DNA of 64,000 nucleotides, from the NCBI GenBank assembly GCA_021730205.1, contig CP072533.1, positions 585,380-649,379 of the forward strand. The letters are read 5' to 3'. The notes under the pieces were generated by a model. That model ran no database searches. It saw only the letters and a list, made by a program, of their open reading frames with translations, and had not been told where the DNA came from. A program made the position numbers and the translations under genes. Each line of letters opens with the position of its first letter. The first letter of the stretch is position 1. Origin of the DNA: Candidatus Ruthia sp. Cpac_8_S14. GTDB taxonomy: Bacteria; Pseudomonadota; Gammaproteobacteria; PS1; Pseudothioglobaceae. Shown here piece after piece: positions 26,090-36,913 of the stretch.

Positions 26090-26761
26090 ATGGAAAGACT
26101 AATTGCACTAGATACTGAGACCACGGGCATTGAACCTTCTGAAGGTCATCGCATCATTGAAATTGGTTGTACAGAAATTGTAGACAGACAAATCACTGAA
26201 AATAATGAATATCATAAGTACATACAGCCCAGTCGTAATGTTGGCGATTCGGTACGAATTCATGGCATTACTGATAAATTCTTAATAGATAAGCCTAAAT
26301 TTAGAGCCATTGTTAAAACGTTTTTAACTTATATTGAAGGTGCAACACTCATCATTCACAACGCCTCATTTGACCTTGGTTTTCTAAACCATGAACTTAA
26401 ACTTATAGGCGTTGATGAGCGCATTGAGGATAAATGTAGCATTATTGACTCATTAGAACTTTCTAAACAACAACGACCTGGCACATTGCACAATCTCGAT
26501 TCCTTATGCCGACGATTTAAAATCGACTCAAGTGCAAGAACTGTACATGGCGCACTACTAGATGCGAAAATTCTAGCACAAGTTTATCTGGCAATGACTG
26601 GTGGACAATCTACTTTATTTGGCAATGAACAAACCTCCAACGAGCAAGCCAATAATACTAATAATATTATTCGAGTAGGGCGTGCCATTGACAAAATCAA
26701 AGTTGTTTATGCAAATGAACAAGAACTGGCAGCGCACACAAGTTACTTTGAAAAAATTTAA
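26090..26761 (+). CDS. dnaQ: DNA polymerase III epsilon subunit
   Basis: LDTETTG, HRIIEIG, IHNASFDLGF, HGALLDAKILA, YLAMTGGQ. Confidence 0.96.
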   Translation: MERLIALDTETTGIEPSEGHRIIEIGCTEIVDRQITENNEYHKYIQPSRNVGDSVRIHGITDKFLIDKPKFRAIVKTFLTYIEGATLIIHNASFDLGFLNHELKLIGVDERIEDKCSIIDSLELSKQQRPGTLHNLDSLCRRFKIDSSARTVHGALLDAKILAQVYLAMTGGQSTLFGNEQTSNEQANNTNNIIRVGRAIDKIKVVYANEQELAAHTSYFEKI

Positions 26762-26781
26762 TTAATTTAAGGCGATCATCA

Positions 26782-27838
26782 ATGCAATATCAAGATTTAC
26801 GAGAATTTATCACTAAATTAGAAAAACAAGGGCAACTCAAACGCATTCAAATACAAATTAATGCCCATTTAGAAATTACTGAGATTTGTCGCCGAACATT
26901 GGATAAACAAGCCCCTGCACTTTTGTTTGAAAATGTTAAAAATTCAAACATACCAGTATTGGCAAATTTATTTGGTACGATAAAACGTGTTGCTGTCGCT
27001 ATGGGGCAAAAAAAGACCTAACCGCATTAAGAGAATTGGGAAAACTACTAACTGAATTGAAACAACTTGAACTACCTAAGGGGTTTAAAGATGCCATTAA
27101 AAAATTATTCACGCTAAAAAAATACTTAATATGCCTGTTAAATTGGTTAAAAAAAGGCCAGTACCAAGCGGTGGTTATTGAAGGAGATGAGGTTGATTTA
27201 TCTAAATTATCCATTCAAACTTGTTGGCCTAAAGACGCTGCACCACTACTTACTTGGGGACTAACTCATTACCAAAGGACTATATAAGAAACGGCAAAAT
27301 TTAGGCATTTATCACTCCACTTATACAGGCAAGCCCGTTGATGAAACTGATGAAACTACTGTATTAAGTGTGGCACTAAACGAGGTGTTTGCATCACTTT
27401 TACAACAACAATTTTCAGAGATTATAGATTTTTACTTACCACCTGAAGCTTGCTCATATAGAATAGCGACTGTTAGCATTAGAAAGCAATACTCAGAGTA
27501 TGCTAAGCGTGTAATGATAGGCGTTTGGTCGTCCTTACGTCAATTTATGTATACCAAATTTGTAATTGTTGATGATGATGACATTGATGTTAAGAATTGG
27601 AAAGAGGTGATTTGGGCATTAAGTACACGTGTTGACCCAAGTCGTGACATCACTTTATATAGACAACACCCCTATTGATTATCTTGATTTTGCCTCACCA
27701 GTCTCTGGTCTTGGCTCAAAAATGGGCATTGATGCCACCAATAAACTGGCTGGCGAAACTAATCGTGAGTGGGGAGAGAGCCGATTGAAATGGATAAAAA
27801 CGTTGTACAAAAAATTGATGCTATTTGACATGAACTAG
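26782..27838 (+). pseudogene. ubiD: 4-hydroxy-3-polyprenylbenzoate decarboxylase, frameshifted with an internal deletion
   Basis: [37 protein letters not shown]|[46 protein letters not shown] spread over at least four frames. Confidence 0.95.
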
Positions 27839-27913
27839 GGATTGATTAATTGCAAGTCATGAGTAATTTAACTATTTACATTTCAATTTAACAAAGTATA
27901 ATTATCGTTTTTT

Positions 27914-27990
27914 CGGAGTGTAGCGCAGTTTGGTAGCGTATCTGGTTTGGGACCAGGTGGTCGGGGGTTCAAATCCCTCCACTCCGACCA
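27914..27990 (+). tRNA. tRNA-Pro (TGG)
   Basis: cggagtgtagcgcag...tctgg-tt-tgg-ga-ccagg...ggttcaaatccctccactccgacca, 77 nt. Confidence 0.96.
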
Positions 27991-28041
27991 AAAGAATACC
28001 TTACATTTAAAGCGCTTTAACAACAACCTTTTTTGGTATAT

Positions 28042-28115
28042 GCGCCCATAGCTCAGCTGGATAGAGCAACGGCCTTCTAAGCCGTAGGTCACACGTTCGA
28101 ATCGTGTTGGGCGTA
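28042..28115 (+). tRNA. tRNA-Arg (TCT); followed by CTA instead of CCA
   Basis: gcgcccatagctcagctggatagagcaacggcc-tt-cta-agccgt...gttcgaatcgtgttgggcgta cloverleaf with anticodon loop cttctaa. Confidence 0.95.
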
Positions 28116-28151
28116 CTACTTCAAGGTAAAATACCTGAAATAGTAGTTTAT

Positions 28152-28228
28152 GGCGGGAATAGCTCAGTTGGTAGAGCCCCGGATTGTGATTCCGGTTGTC
28201 GCGGGTTCAAGACCCGTTTCTCGCCCCA
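28152..28228 (+). tRNA. tRNA-His (GTG)
   Basis: G-1, anticodon arm ccgga-ttgtgat-tccgg, discriminator C and CCA. Confidence 0.96.
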
Positions 28229-28323
28229 TATTTCATAAGGGTTTTACCCCCCCTTCTTAACTAAATTCAAAGTCGATAAATCTTCTTTGCGTGTAGTTTT
28301 GCGTGCAATTTATGGAGATTGCT

Positions 28324-29303
28324 ATGGCTTACATACAAAAGGCTCAACGTAAAGGTGTTACTTATCGTGTACATATCCGCCCACCTGGTTTAAACCTATA
28401 ACCAAAACCTTTACTACTAAACGTGAAGCTGTTCGATTTGTTAACAGACTAGACGATGATAAGAGACAAATTCAAGCCTTTCAACAGAATAAACACAAGA
28501 CGCTATTGTCTAAAGTAATTGATGACTATCTAGTTAATGAATACAAAGGTCAAAGACCTAAAGAAGAGGAATATAAGCTTAACTACTGGAGGTCTTAGAT
28601 AGGAAGAAAGCAGATCTCAGAAGTTAGTAGAGTAGACATATCAAATGCTACTGTTAATTGCTATAAGGCCACTATTTCAGTAGTATTCACTTATGCCTGT
28701 AGATACTATAATTTATTAGACAATTCTGTTAAAAGCATACCCTCTAGACCAGAGAATAATGCTCGTATCAGATACTTGTCTAAGGATGAAAGAGCTTTTC
28801 TATTTAAAACAGCCAAAGAGTCAAAATGGAGTAAGTTGCATCTCATTACTTTGATGGCCATTACTACTGGAGCACGCAAAGGTGAGCTGCTAAGTTTGAA
28901 GTGGAATAATATAGACTTTAATCGGAATACTGCTTATATTGCCACCACTAAGAATGGAGATTCAAAAGTATTACCTTTAGTGAATGAAGTAATAACTGAA
29001 TTGAACAAATTCAAATAAGAAGAGTCTGGACTTGTATTTAATTCAGAGATCAAACCTAGTAAGCCTTACGACTTCTTTAAGCTATGGAAGAAAGCACTAG
29101 AACAAGCAGAACATTCAAGACTTTAGATTCCACAATTTAAGGCACACTACAGCCTCGTATTTAGCTCAGAATGGAGCTTCTTTGCTTGAGATAGCTTTTT
29201 GATGGTATTAGGTCACAAGAAAATTCAGATGACAAAGCGATATGCTCGCTTATGTATTGACCACAAGCAGAGGTTAATTAATAGTGTAATGTCTAACTTG
29301 TAA
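28324..29303 (+). pseudogene. Tyrosine recombinase/phage integrase
   Basis: MAYIQK...YRVHIR..TKTFTTKREA, AITTGARKGELLSLKW (catalytic R), TKNGDSKVLPL, FHNLRHTTASYLAQNGASLLEI..VLGHK..QMTKRYA (HxxR, H, Y). Many stops and frameshifts. Confidence 0.92.
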
Positions 29304-29484
29304 CTAATTCCTGTCTATAAATAACACCTCTCATAATGGGGAAAGTTGATCTAAATAGGTATTTCCTAGGAAGTGACATTTTTGCACTATTTTTAAAAAT
29401 TTATTCTAATAATTTCTTAATAACAGACACAGCTATGCCTATGAATTAATCGTATAGGTTATTATATCTGTTATTAGGAATTAA

Positions 29485-30730
29485 TCAGTAAAGGTGCTTA
29501 ATACTAGCAGTAATCGGCACATCATAGAATTCAAAGAATCGTTCTTGCATTAACTCTTGGACTTTCTTTGCGTGTTTAGATTTCGTAATTAAAGCATCAT
29601 GAAGAGGAAGAGGAGGAATGTTAAGTTTGATAAATTGTTTAATAACATCTATCATTATCCTTAATTCATCATTAGCAAGCTCTAACCCTATTCCAGAGTA
29701 GAAGTGTTTAGCAATCTTAGGGTGTTTATCTATGATTAATTGAATAGTAGAATCATAATCTAGACCCTTAAACTCACGCTTAATGGTTGCATCACTACAA
29801 TGACTAAAGCTCTTAGCAAGAGTGCTCTTGTTAATCATTCTCTGTGTCTGCTTCTTAATGCCATCTCTACTAACACCCAATGCAAACAAGCTCTGGAATA
29901 TCATAATCATCTGAATGGGAATATCTATCAAGTGCATACAGCTGAACTATGTGCATCGAACTAAAGTCTACTTCACTACAAGATTCGCCATTAATGATCA
30001 TACCTTGTCGTAATTCCTTCTTGAGGTTAATCCAGTAACCACCGTACATCCTGCCACCTAGGTCAAATGAATCGTGGCTGAATATTCTATGTATTTGGTT
30101 ATCTGTTGTATCTCTGTAAAGTGGACCCTCCTAATGGAATGTATGGTGTATCTATCTATTTAGGGTTTTGTACTTCTGTTCCTACTGCTGTTTCTATTGT
30201 TTGTATATCTAATATCTAATTCTCTTAAGTACTTATTAATCCCTTCTACTTCTTCTCTCATTAGGTTAGTGCTGCTATTGTCTTCGTAATCAACATTCCT
30301 ACTTTATCTTCTTAAAGTAGTGAGTAGTAGTAGTTTCTCTTAGGACGATCAGCTCATTCTATTTAAAGTAGGATGAAGCACAGCCAAATGGTTTGAAGTA
30401 CTCCATAAACTTATTTGTCTACCTTCTCCTTCCTCATCGCAATGTGATATGACTTATTTTCTCTAAGTATGTTCGAAACTATCTTCTCTAATGTATTAGC
30501 TAGTTTCATCCTTACACTAGCTCTAAATGAGTGAATTTACCTTTGGCAGCACTCTTTCTTTCTACATCTATTCTCTTACAGTATTCTTCTGACTGTTCTA
30601 TTGAGAAACTGTGTATAGCCCAATATAATTTAGTATCCTTATCTATTTCTATATTTGCTGGCATTCGTATTCAATTGTGTCTTTTTCAAATAATGTCACC
30701 ACTTCTTCATGGAACAGCTTATGCAATAGA
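29485..30730 (-). pseudogene. Family-A/T7-like (TV-Pol-type) polymerase-like protein
   Basis: IHRIFSHDSFDLGGRMYGGYWINLKKELRQGMIINGESCSEVDFSSMHIVQLYA (motif A-like), frameshift near 29885, RDGIKKQTQRMIN (motif B-like R..xK), PPLPLHDALIT (motif C-like HD). The region above 30130 is badly broken and its extent approximate. Confidence 0.6.
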
Positions 30731-30769
30731 GATTGTGCAGGTAGTTCACATAATTCTGTATGACTAATG

Positions 30770-31232
30770 GTGTTTGTTAATAACAATACTCTATCCCAAT
30801 CTTATTGAATATTTTACTTGCTATCTGGCATTTTTTGAATCAACATGGCTGATAAATTATCTTGATTTGATGATATCCAAATTTTGGAATGCCAATTAAT
30901 CTGATTGAGAAAAATAATCTTCAAATGTTTGTATCAATCCTTTTGAATTAATAGGCACTAATGACTGAAAATTATGCTTAGTTTGCGTATTATATAGGGT
31001 GGCAACGATTCTCCCTTTGCCTAAAATTTGACCAAAGTTATCATGCTCATCAATAACGCCATTCACTTTAACCATACCGCGTATCTTTAAATCATCGCTC
31101 AATTCACCAAATAGCTGTTTAAGCACTTTGAAATAATCAGATTTTTAATCATCTGCTACAAGGTCTGTTAATTGATAAATGTTGCCCACGGATGTTTAAC
31201 GCTTGGAATAAAAATCTTCTAATATTGTTCAT
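30770..31232 (-). pseudogene. hslO: Hsp33 redox chaperone, truncated before the Zn-binding Cys domain
   Basis: MNNIRRFLF..LNIRGQ, FQSLVPINSKGLIQTFEDYFSQS, KIWIS...AMLIQKMP, DWDRV. No CxC/CxxC segment follows. Confidence 0.8.
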
Positions 31233-31329
31233 AAAAGATACTTTAGTTAAAGTAAAAATTAATAATGAAATTTTTATTTATTCTAATCAAAAAAAATTAT
31301 CTTCAGTAGCAATACCACTAAAATTATGT

Positions 31330-31883
31330 ATTAGGCAAACAAGATTACAGCATTTGGTTTAAACCAGCAGGCGTATTCACCCAAGACTCAAAATGGGGCA
31401 ATCACTGTGCACTCACAGACTGGTTGAAAAATCTTTAAATCGTCATAGTTTCTTAGTACACAGGCTTGACAGAGCAACCAGTGGACTGATGATTATTGCT
31501 TACACAAAAACAACAGCACGGAACTTGTCTGACATGTTTACCAAACGACAAATTAAAAAAACGTATGTTGTCATTTTTAAAGGAAAATTTCCAAGTAGCA
31601 GCATCACACTGGATGAAAGAATTGACAAAAAAAGATGCACTTAGTTTTGCAACCTCAATAACGCATAATCATAACAAATCCTTATTAGAAATCAATATAA
31701 AAACAGGCAGAAAACACCAAATAAAAAAAGTATTTAAATAGCTATGGCTACCCAATCATTACTGATAGACTTTACAACAAAACTGAAAAAGTGTACATGG
31801 AAGATTTACAACTCCAAGCAACTTCACTTGAATTTATTTGCTCTATTGAATTAAAAGGAAACAAAAGATTTGAATTTAAATAG
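31330..31883 (+). pseudogene. RluA-family pseudouridine synthase
   Basis: WFKPAGV, LVHRLDRATSGLMIIA, IKTGRKHQI, frameshifted at ~31630. Confidence 0.85.
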
Positions 31884-31936
31884 TGATACCCTTATATAAT
31901 TAGCATCGATATTGATTAACTTTTAGGGAGTTTAAG

Positions 31937-32545
31937 ATGGAATTTTTGACACAGAATTGGCTATTGATTACAGTTATGATTATTTTATTTATTTGGATTG
32001 TCAGCATTTATAACAACTTGGTTTCTTACAAAACTCAGTATCAAAATGGCTTTGAGCAGATTTCAGTACAACTCAAACGACGCTTAGACTTGATTGGTAA
32101 TTTAGTTGATGTTGCCAAAAAATATATGGAGCATGAAAGGGAAACGCTAACTGCTGTTACTGAAGCTAGAGCAGGATTAACAGAGGCCAACGAAGCAGCG
32201 CAAAAAAATCCAGGTGAGGCAAGCACCATGGCAAATTTAGCCAGTTTTCAGGTAGCACTGGACAGTGCAATGGGTGGTTTTAACTTAAAAATGGAAGCCT
32301 ATCCTGATTTAAAAGCAAGCGAAAACATGATGCAACTAAGTGAAGAAATGACCACCACAGAAAATCGCATTGCCAGTGCTCGACAGGGGTATAACGACTT
32401 AGTTCAAAAGTTTAATGAGTACAAGAAATCATTTCCTAATGTATTGTTTGCTGGTGTATTTGGCTTTGGTGTGGATGCGCAAAATTTAGAATTTAGCAAA
32501 AACATGGAACAATTAAACCAAGCGCCTAAAGACTTGTTTGCTTAA
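31937..32545 (+). CDS. lemA: LemA family protein
   Basis: IYNNLV, ISVQLKRRLDLIGNLV, EAYPDLKASENM.QLSEE.TTTENRIASARQGYND. Confidence 0.95.
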   Translation: MEFLTQNWLLITVMIILFIWIVSIYNNLVSYKTQYQNGFEQISVQLKRRLDLIGNLVDVAKKYMEHERETLTAVTEARAGLTEANEAAQKNPGEASTMANLASFQVALDSAMGGFNLKMEAYPDLKASENMMQLSEEMTTTENRIASARQGYNDLVQKFNEYKKSFPNVLFAGVFGFGVDAQNLEFSKNMEQLNQAPKDLFA

Positions 32546-32666
32546 GGGTGTATCAAGAAACCACAATACAATTTATACCAATGGCAGACTTCGTACTGAA
32601 ATACATAAAACAATGCCTTTCTTCCATCCTTCAAAAAGGCGCTAAAAATACTACACTTCCTAAATC

Positions 32667-33713
32667 ATGCTGGGATTTCTGGAGGTGTCCTTAACAATGG
32701 ATTTTAGGGAGCATCAAGATAAAGCCAAAAAAAACACGCTAATCATTTGGTTTTTATACTTTATTTTATTGCTAATTTCATCTATATTGATTGGCTATAC
32801 TTTGTTTGTTGGTCTCAATTTAGCACAGTTTTATCAGCTTGAATATCAACAATACAACTTTGGTGAAAAGTTCATTGCTGCCAATCAAATCGTCTTTCAA
32901 AATCAAGAGCAATTGTTTGGTTTTTTAAGGTTTTCACTGGTAGCATTATTAGCAATGCTGAGTGCCACTGCATTTGGTTTTTTTCAAAAATCAAATGGGC
33001 ATAAAATCGCACTTGCCTTTGGCGGTAAACTAATTAGTGATGAAGACGAGCTGTCAATTGAGGAAAAACAAGCGCTTAATATAGTTACTGAACAAGCTTT
33101 GGCAGCTAACATTCCTGTTCCTGTCTTATATATCATCCCGGATAATGCCATTAACGCCTTTGCTGCAGGAAAAACTACTCAAGAGGCGATTGTTGCTATT
33201 ACTCAAGGTTCAATAGTAAATTTTAATCGCGCTCAATTATCTGGTGTCATTGCTCATGAGATTGGGCATATTGTCAATCATGATATCAAGCTTAATATCC
33301 AAATCAGTGCCTTTGTGTTTGGCTTTACTGCGCTGTTTTTTCTCGCCAGGATGATATTTTACCAAGCCGCTTATAATCGCCGTATGGATGGTCGAGCAAA
33401 ATTGGTATTATTTGCAATTGCTGCCATCATTGCATTAATTGGGGTGATGACAGTTTGGTTTGGGCGTATTTTACAAGCAGCAATGTCACGTCAACGTGAA
33501 TATTTAGCTGACGCCTCTGCTGTTCAATTTACTCGTTATCCTAATGGTTTGGTTGAAGCGTTTGAAGTTATGCAAAATGGTGGTAAAACCAAACTTAAGA
33601 ATCCTAATGCCAAAGAGTACGCCCATGCCATGCTGTTTGGTATGGGTGGGGACTTGTTTGCCACACATCCGCCGCTAGATAAGCGTATTAAAAGAATTCA
33701 AAATAGAATCTGA
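32667..33713 (+). CDS. M48 (HtpX-like) membrane zinc metalloprotease
   Basis: INAFAAG, GVIAHEIGH (HExxH), SRQREYLADASAVQFTR, FATHPPLDKRI. The true start may be MDFREHQ. Confidence 0.92.
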   Translation: MLGFLEVSLTMDFREHQDKAKKNTLIIWFLYFILLLISSILIGYTLFVGLNLAQFYQLEYQQYNFGEKFIAANQIVFQNQEQLFGFLRFSLVALLAMLSATAFGFFQKSNGHKIALAFGGKLISDEDELSIEEKQALNIVTEQALAANIPVPVLYIIPDNAINAFAAGKTTQEAIVAITQGSIVNFNRAQLSGVIAHEIGHIVNHDIKLNIQISAFVFGFTALFFLARMIFYQAAYNRRMDGRAKLVLFAIAAIIALIGVMTVWFGRILQAAMSRQREYLADASAVQFTRYPNGLVEAFEVMQNGGKTKLKNPNAKEYAHAMLFGMGGDLFATHPPLDKRIKRIQNRI

Positions 33714-34489
33714 TGTCAATAGCCATTAAATCAAAAGATGATATTGGAAAAATGCGTGTAGCTGGACGCTTAGCAGCTGGTGTCATTGATATGATATCGC
33801 CTTATGTTAAAGCTGGGGTTAGTACTGATGAATTGGACAAAATTTGCTATAATTATATTGTTAATCAGCAAGGCGCTATTGCTGCACCACTTAATTATCA
33901 CGGCTTTCCAAAATCTATTTGTACCAGTGTTAATCATGTAGTTTGCCACGGCATTCCTGGAAATAAGAGACTTAAAAAAGGAGATATAGTTAACATTGAT
34001 ATCACCATTATTAAAGATGGCTTTCATGGTGACACTTCAAAAATGTTTATCATTGATAAACCTAGTGTTAAAGCGCAACGCATTTGTAGAATTGCACAAG
34101 AATGTTTATATATCGGCATTAAACAAGTAAAACCCGGTGTTCATTTAGGTGAGATCGGCAAGGCAATTGGCGCTCATGCGAATAAAAATAATTGCACTGT
34201 GGTGCGTGATTATTGTGGGCATGGTATTGGAACTGAGTTCCATGCTGAACCCCAAGTGACTCATTATGATGATGGAAAATTAGACATTAGTCCAATCCTT
34301 GGAGCGGGTATGACTTTTACAATTGAACCTATGATTAATCTAGGCGGGTTTGAGGTTGTTACTTCTAAAGTCGATAACTGGACAGTAACCACAAAAGACC
34401 GCACGCTTTCTGCACAATGGGAGCACACCATTTTAGTCACGAAAAATGGATACGAAATCTTAACACTCAGAGATGAAGAGTCGGTATAA
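33713..34489 (+). CDS. map: Methionine aminopeptidase type I
   Basis: SICTSVNHVVCHGIP, GFHGDTS, CGHGIG, FTIEPMIN, SAQWEHT. Confidence 0.98.
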   Translation: MSIAIKSKDDIGKMRVAGRLAAGVIDMISPYVKAGVSTDELDKICYNYIVNQQGAIAAPLNYHGFPKSICTSVNHVVCHGIPGNKRLKKGDIVNIDITIIKDGFHGDTSKMFIIDKPSVKAQRICRIAQECLYIGIKQVKPGVHLGEIGKAIGAHANKNNCTVVRDYCGHGIGTEFHAEPQVTHYDDGKLDISPILGAGMTFTIEPMINLGGFEVVTSKVDNWTVTTKDRTLSAQWEHTILVTKNGYEILTLRDEESV

Positions 34490-34547
34490 AAATAGTGCGA
34501 TGCTTATGCTAAAATAGCCTTTTTTTTATCGCTATCATTTTAAACCG

Positions 34548-35159
34548 TTGAAACGCTTACGAAATTATTTTATCTCTGGTCTATTATTCTGGATACCCTT
34601 AGGGCTGAGTATTGTTGTTATTAAATTCTTTTTAGAATTAGTCAATAACATTATTCCCACCCAATACCTACCAGAAGCTTTATTTGATTTAGACAAGGTT
34701 ATTCCTGGATCTGGTATTGTTTGGGTTATTTTAATCATGCTGATAACAGGCGCTTTGGTTAATAACTTTATTGGTCGTAAACTCATCCAACTTTGGGAAA
34801 AACTACTCAATAAAATTCCAGGCTTTAGAGGTATTTATAGCGCACTTAAACAACTTTCAGATACTGTGCTTAGCCCATCTGGTGAAAGTTTCAAAAAAGC
34901 ATTATTGGTTGAATATCCGCGTAAAGGTATGTGGGCCGTTGCCTTTCAAACAGGCAACTATGGTGGTGAGGTGGCGAAAAAAATTGGGCAAGAAACGATT
35001 AATATTTACGTACCCACCACGCCCAACCCTACTTCTGGTTTTTTCATTATGCTCGCAAAAAAGGATGTGATTGAACTTGACATGAGTGTTGATGAAGCAT
35101 TCAAATTGGTTATTTCTACTGGCGTAGTAACACCAGCACAAACAAAGGAGAGGCTATGA
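34548..35159 (+). CDS. DUF502 family membrane protein
   Basis: [47 protein letters not shown]. Confidence 0.9.
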   Translation: MKRLRNYFISGLLFWIPLGLSIVVIKFFLELVNNIIPTQYLPEALFDLDKVIPGSGIVWVILIMLITGALVNNFIGRKLIQLWEKLLNKIPGFRGIYSALKQLSDTVLSPSGESFKKALLVEYPRKGMWAVAFQTGNYGGEVAKKIGQETINIYVPTTPNPTSGFFIMLAKKDVIELDMSVDEAFKLVISTGVVTPAQTKERL

Positions 35160-36907
35160 GAACACATTATTGTGGCGAACTAAATAAAAACAATATAGAC
35201 CAAACAGTACAAATTTGTGGCTGGGTTAATCGTAGGCGTGATCATGGGGGTGTTATTTTTTTAGACATGCGTGACAAACGCGGTATTGCTCAAGTGGTTA
35301 TTAATCCTGATAATGCAGATTTCTCTTTGGCCGAAACTATTCGTAACGAATTTGTATTAAAAATTACAGGCACAGTGATTGCCAGAGGCGAAGGCTTAAC
35401 CAACCCAAAACTAAGTACTGGCGAGATTGAAATTAAAACACAAAATATTGAAATTCTTAACACCTCCAAACCAACCCCGTTCCAAATTGATGCAACTGAT
35501 ACCTCAGAAGAAGTGCGACTTAAATATAGATATCTAGACTTACGTAGTGGTGCCATGCAAAATCGTTTGCGTTTGCGCTCTCAAGTTACTCGTTACATGC
35601 GTGAATTTATGGATGAGCATGATTTTTTAGATATTGAAACTCCGTTTTTAACTAAAGCCACCCCAGAAGGTGCGCGCGATTATTTAGTGCCTTCGCGCGC
35701 TCATCCGGGTGAGTTCTTTACCTTATCACAATCGCCACAATTATTCAAACAACTTTTAATGATGTCAGGATTTGAGCGTTATTATCAAATTGTTAAGTGC
35801 TTTAGAGATGAAGACTTACGCGCTGATCGCCAACCTGAATTTACTCAACTTGATGTTGAAACTTCATTTATGAGCGAAAATGAAATCATGACAATGATGG
35901 AAAAAATGACTAGAGGCTTGTTTAAATCAATTATTAACGTTGATTTAGATGACAATTTTCCCACCATTACTTATGCAGATGCCATGGAAAAATACGGGCT
36001 AGACCGCCCAGATATGCGTATTTCAATGCAAATAGTCAGCATGGACAAGCTAATGCAAGATGTTGATTTTAAAGTATTTTCAGGTCCTGCTAATGATGAT
36101 GGCTCTCGTGTTACTGCTTTAAAAGTACCAGGTGGTGCTAGTATTAGTCGTAAAGATATTGATAAATACACAAAATACGTTAGTATTTATGGCGCAAAAG
36201 GCTTGGCTTATATTAAACTTAATAAGGATGGCCCAACTTCCCCTATTTTAAAATTCTTAAGTGATGAAGTGACCGCTAAAGTTATCGAAATGACAGGTGC
36301 AAAAACAGGGGATATTATTTTCTTTGGCGCTGATAAAACTAAAATTGTCAATGAAGCTTTAGGTAATTTACGCGAGCAACTTGCTAAAGATTTAGACTTA
36401 TTTGACAAACAATGGGCACCTATTTGGATAATTAACTTTCCAATGTTTAAAGCGGATGATGATGGCTCATTAAATGCAATTCATCACCCATTTACCGCAC
36501 CCAGTGTTGATACTAAAATCCTAGAACAAACTGCCACAACCGCCCTATCCAAAGCCTATGATTTAGTCATTAATGGCTCTGAAGTAGGTGGTGGTTCTAT
36601 TCGCATCCACCAAGTTGAGATGCAAAAAATGGTGCTAAAATTATTAGGCATTCCTGATCAGGAGGCACAAGATAAATTTGGCTTCTTGCTAGATGCTCTA
36701 GAATACGGCTGCCCACCTCATGGCGGCATGGCATTTGGGCTTGACCGCTTGGTGATGATCATGACAGGTGCAGATTCTATTCGTGATGTAATTGCCTTTC
36801 CTAAAACTCAAACTACCGCTTGTTTATTAACCAATGCACCTGCAGGTGTACCAAGAAAATTATTACGTGAATTAAGCGTTAAAGTTAGCCTGGCAGAAAA
36901 AGACTAG
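35156..36907 (+). CDS. aspS: Aspartate-tRNA ligase, probably non-discriminating
   Basis: [59 protein letters not shown]. Confidence 0.98.
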   Translation: MRTHYCGELNKNNIDQTVQICGWVNRRRDHGGVIFLDMRDKRGIAQVVINPDNADFSLAETIRNEFVLKITGTVIARGEGLTNPKLSTGEIEIKTQNIEILNTSKPTPFQIDATDTSEEVRLKYRYLDLRSGAMQNRLRLRSQVTRYMREFMDEHDFLDIETPFLTKATPEGARDYLVPSRAHPGEFFTLSQSPQLFKQLLMMSGFERYYQIVKCFRDEDLRADRQPEFTQLDVETSFMSENEIMTMMEKMTRGLFKSIINVDLDDNFPTITYADAMEKYGLDRPDMRISMQIVSMDKLMQDVDFKVFSGPANDDGSRVTALKVPGGASISRKDIDKYTKYVSIYGAKGLAYIKLNKDGPTSPILKFLSDEVTAKVIEMTGAKTGDIIFFGADKTKIVNEALGNLREQLAKDLDLFDKQWAPIWIINFPMFKADDDGSLNAIHHPFTAPSVDTKILEQTATTALSKAYDLVINGSEVGGGSIRIHQVEMQKMVLKLLGIPDQEAQDKFGFLLDALEYGCPPHGGMAFGLDRLVMIMTGADSIRDVIAFPKTQTTACLLTNAPAGVPRKLLRELSVKVSLAEKD

Positions 36908-36913
36908 TCATTC

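Larger units (their letters stand above)
28229..30770. mobile_element. Decayed integrative element downstream of tRNA-His: integrase plus polymerase-like gene
   Basis: Integrase relic 95 nt after the tRNA, converging with a polymerase-like relic. The hslO remnant breaks off at the right edge. No duplicated att found. Confidence 0.65.

Noticed and set aside
27883-28092. 69-aa minus-strand ORF
   Set aside because: Antisense translation of tRNA-Pro and tRNA-Arg.
28200-30900. Second att site for the tRNA-His element
   Set aside because: I found no repeat of the tRNA-His, Arg or Pro 3' ends downstream, so the element boundary remains approximate.
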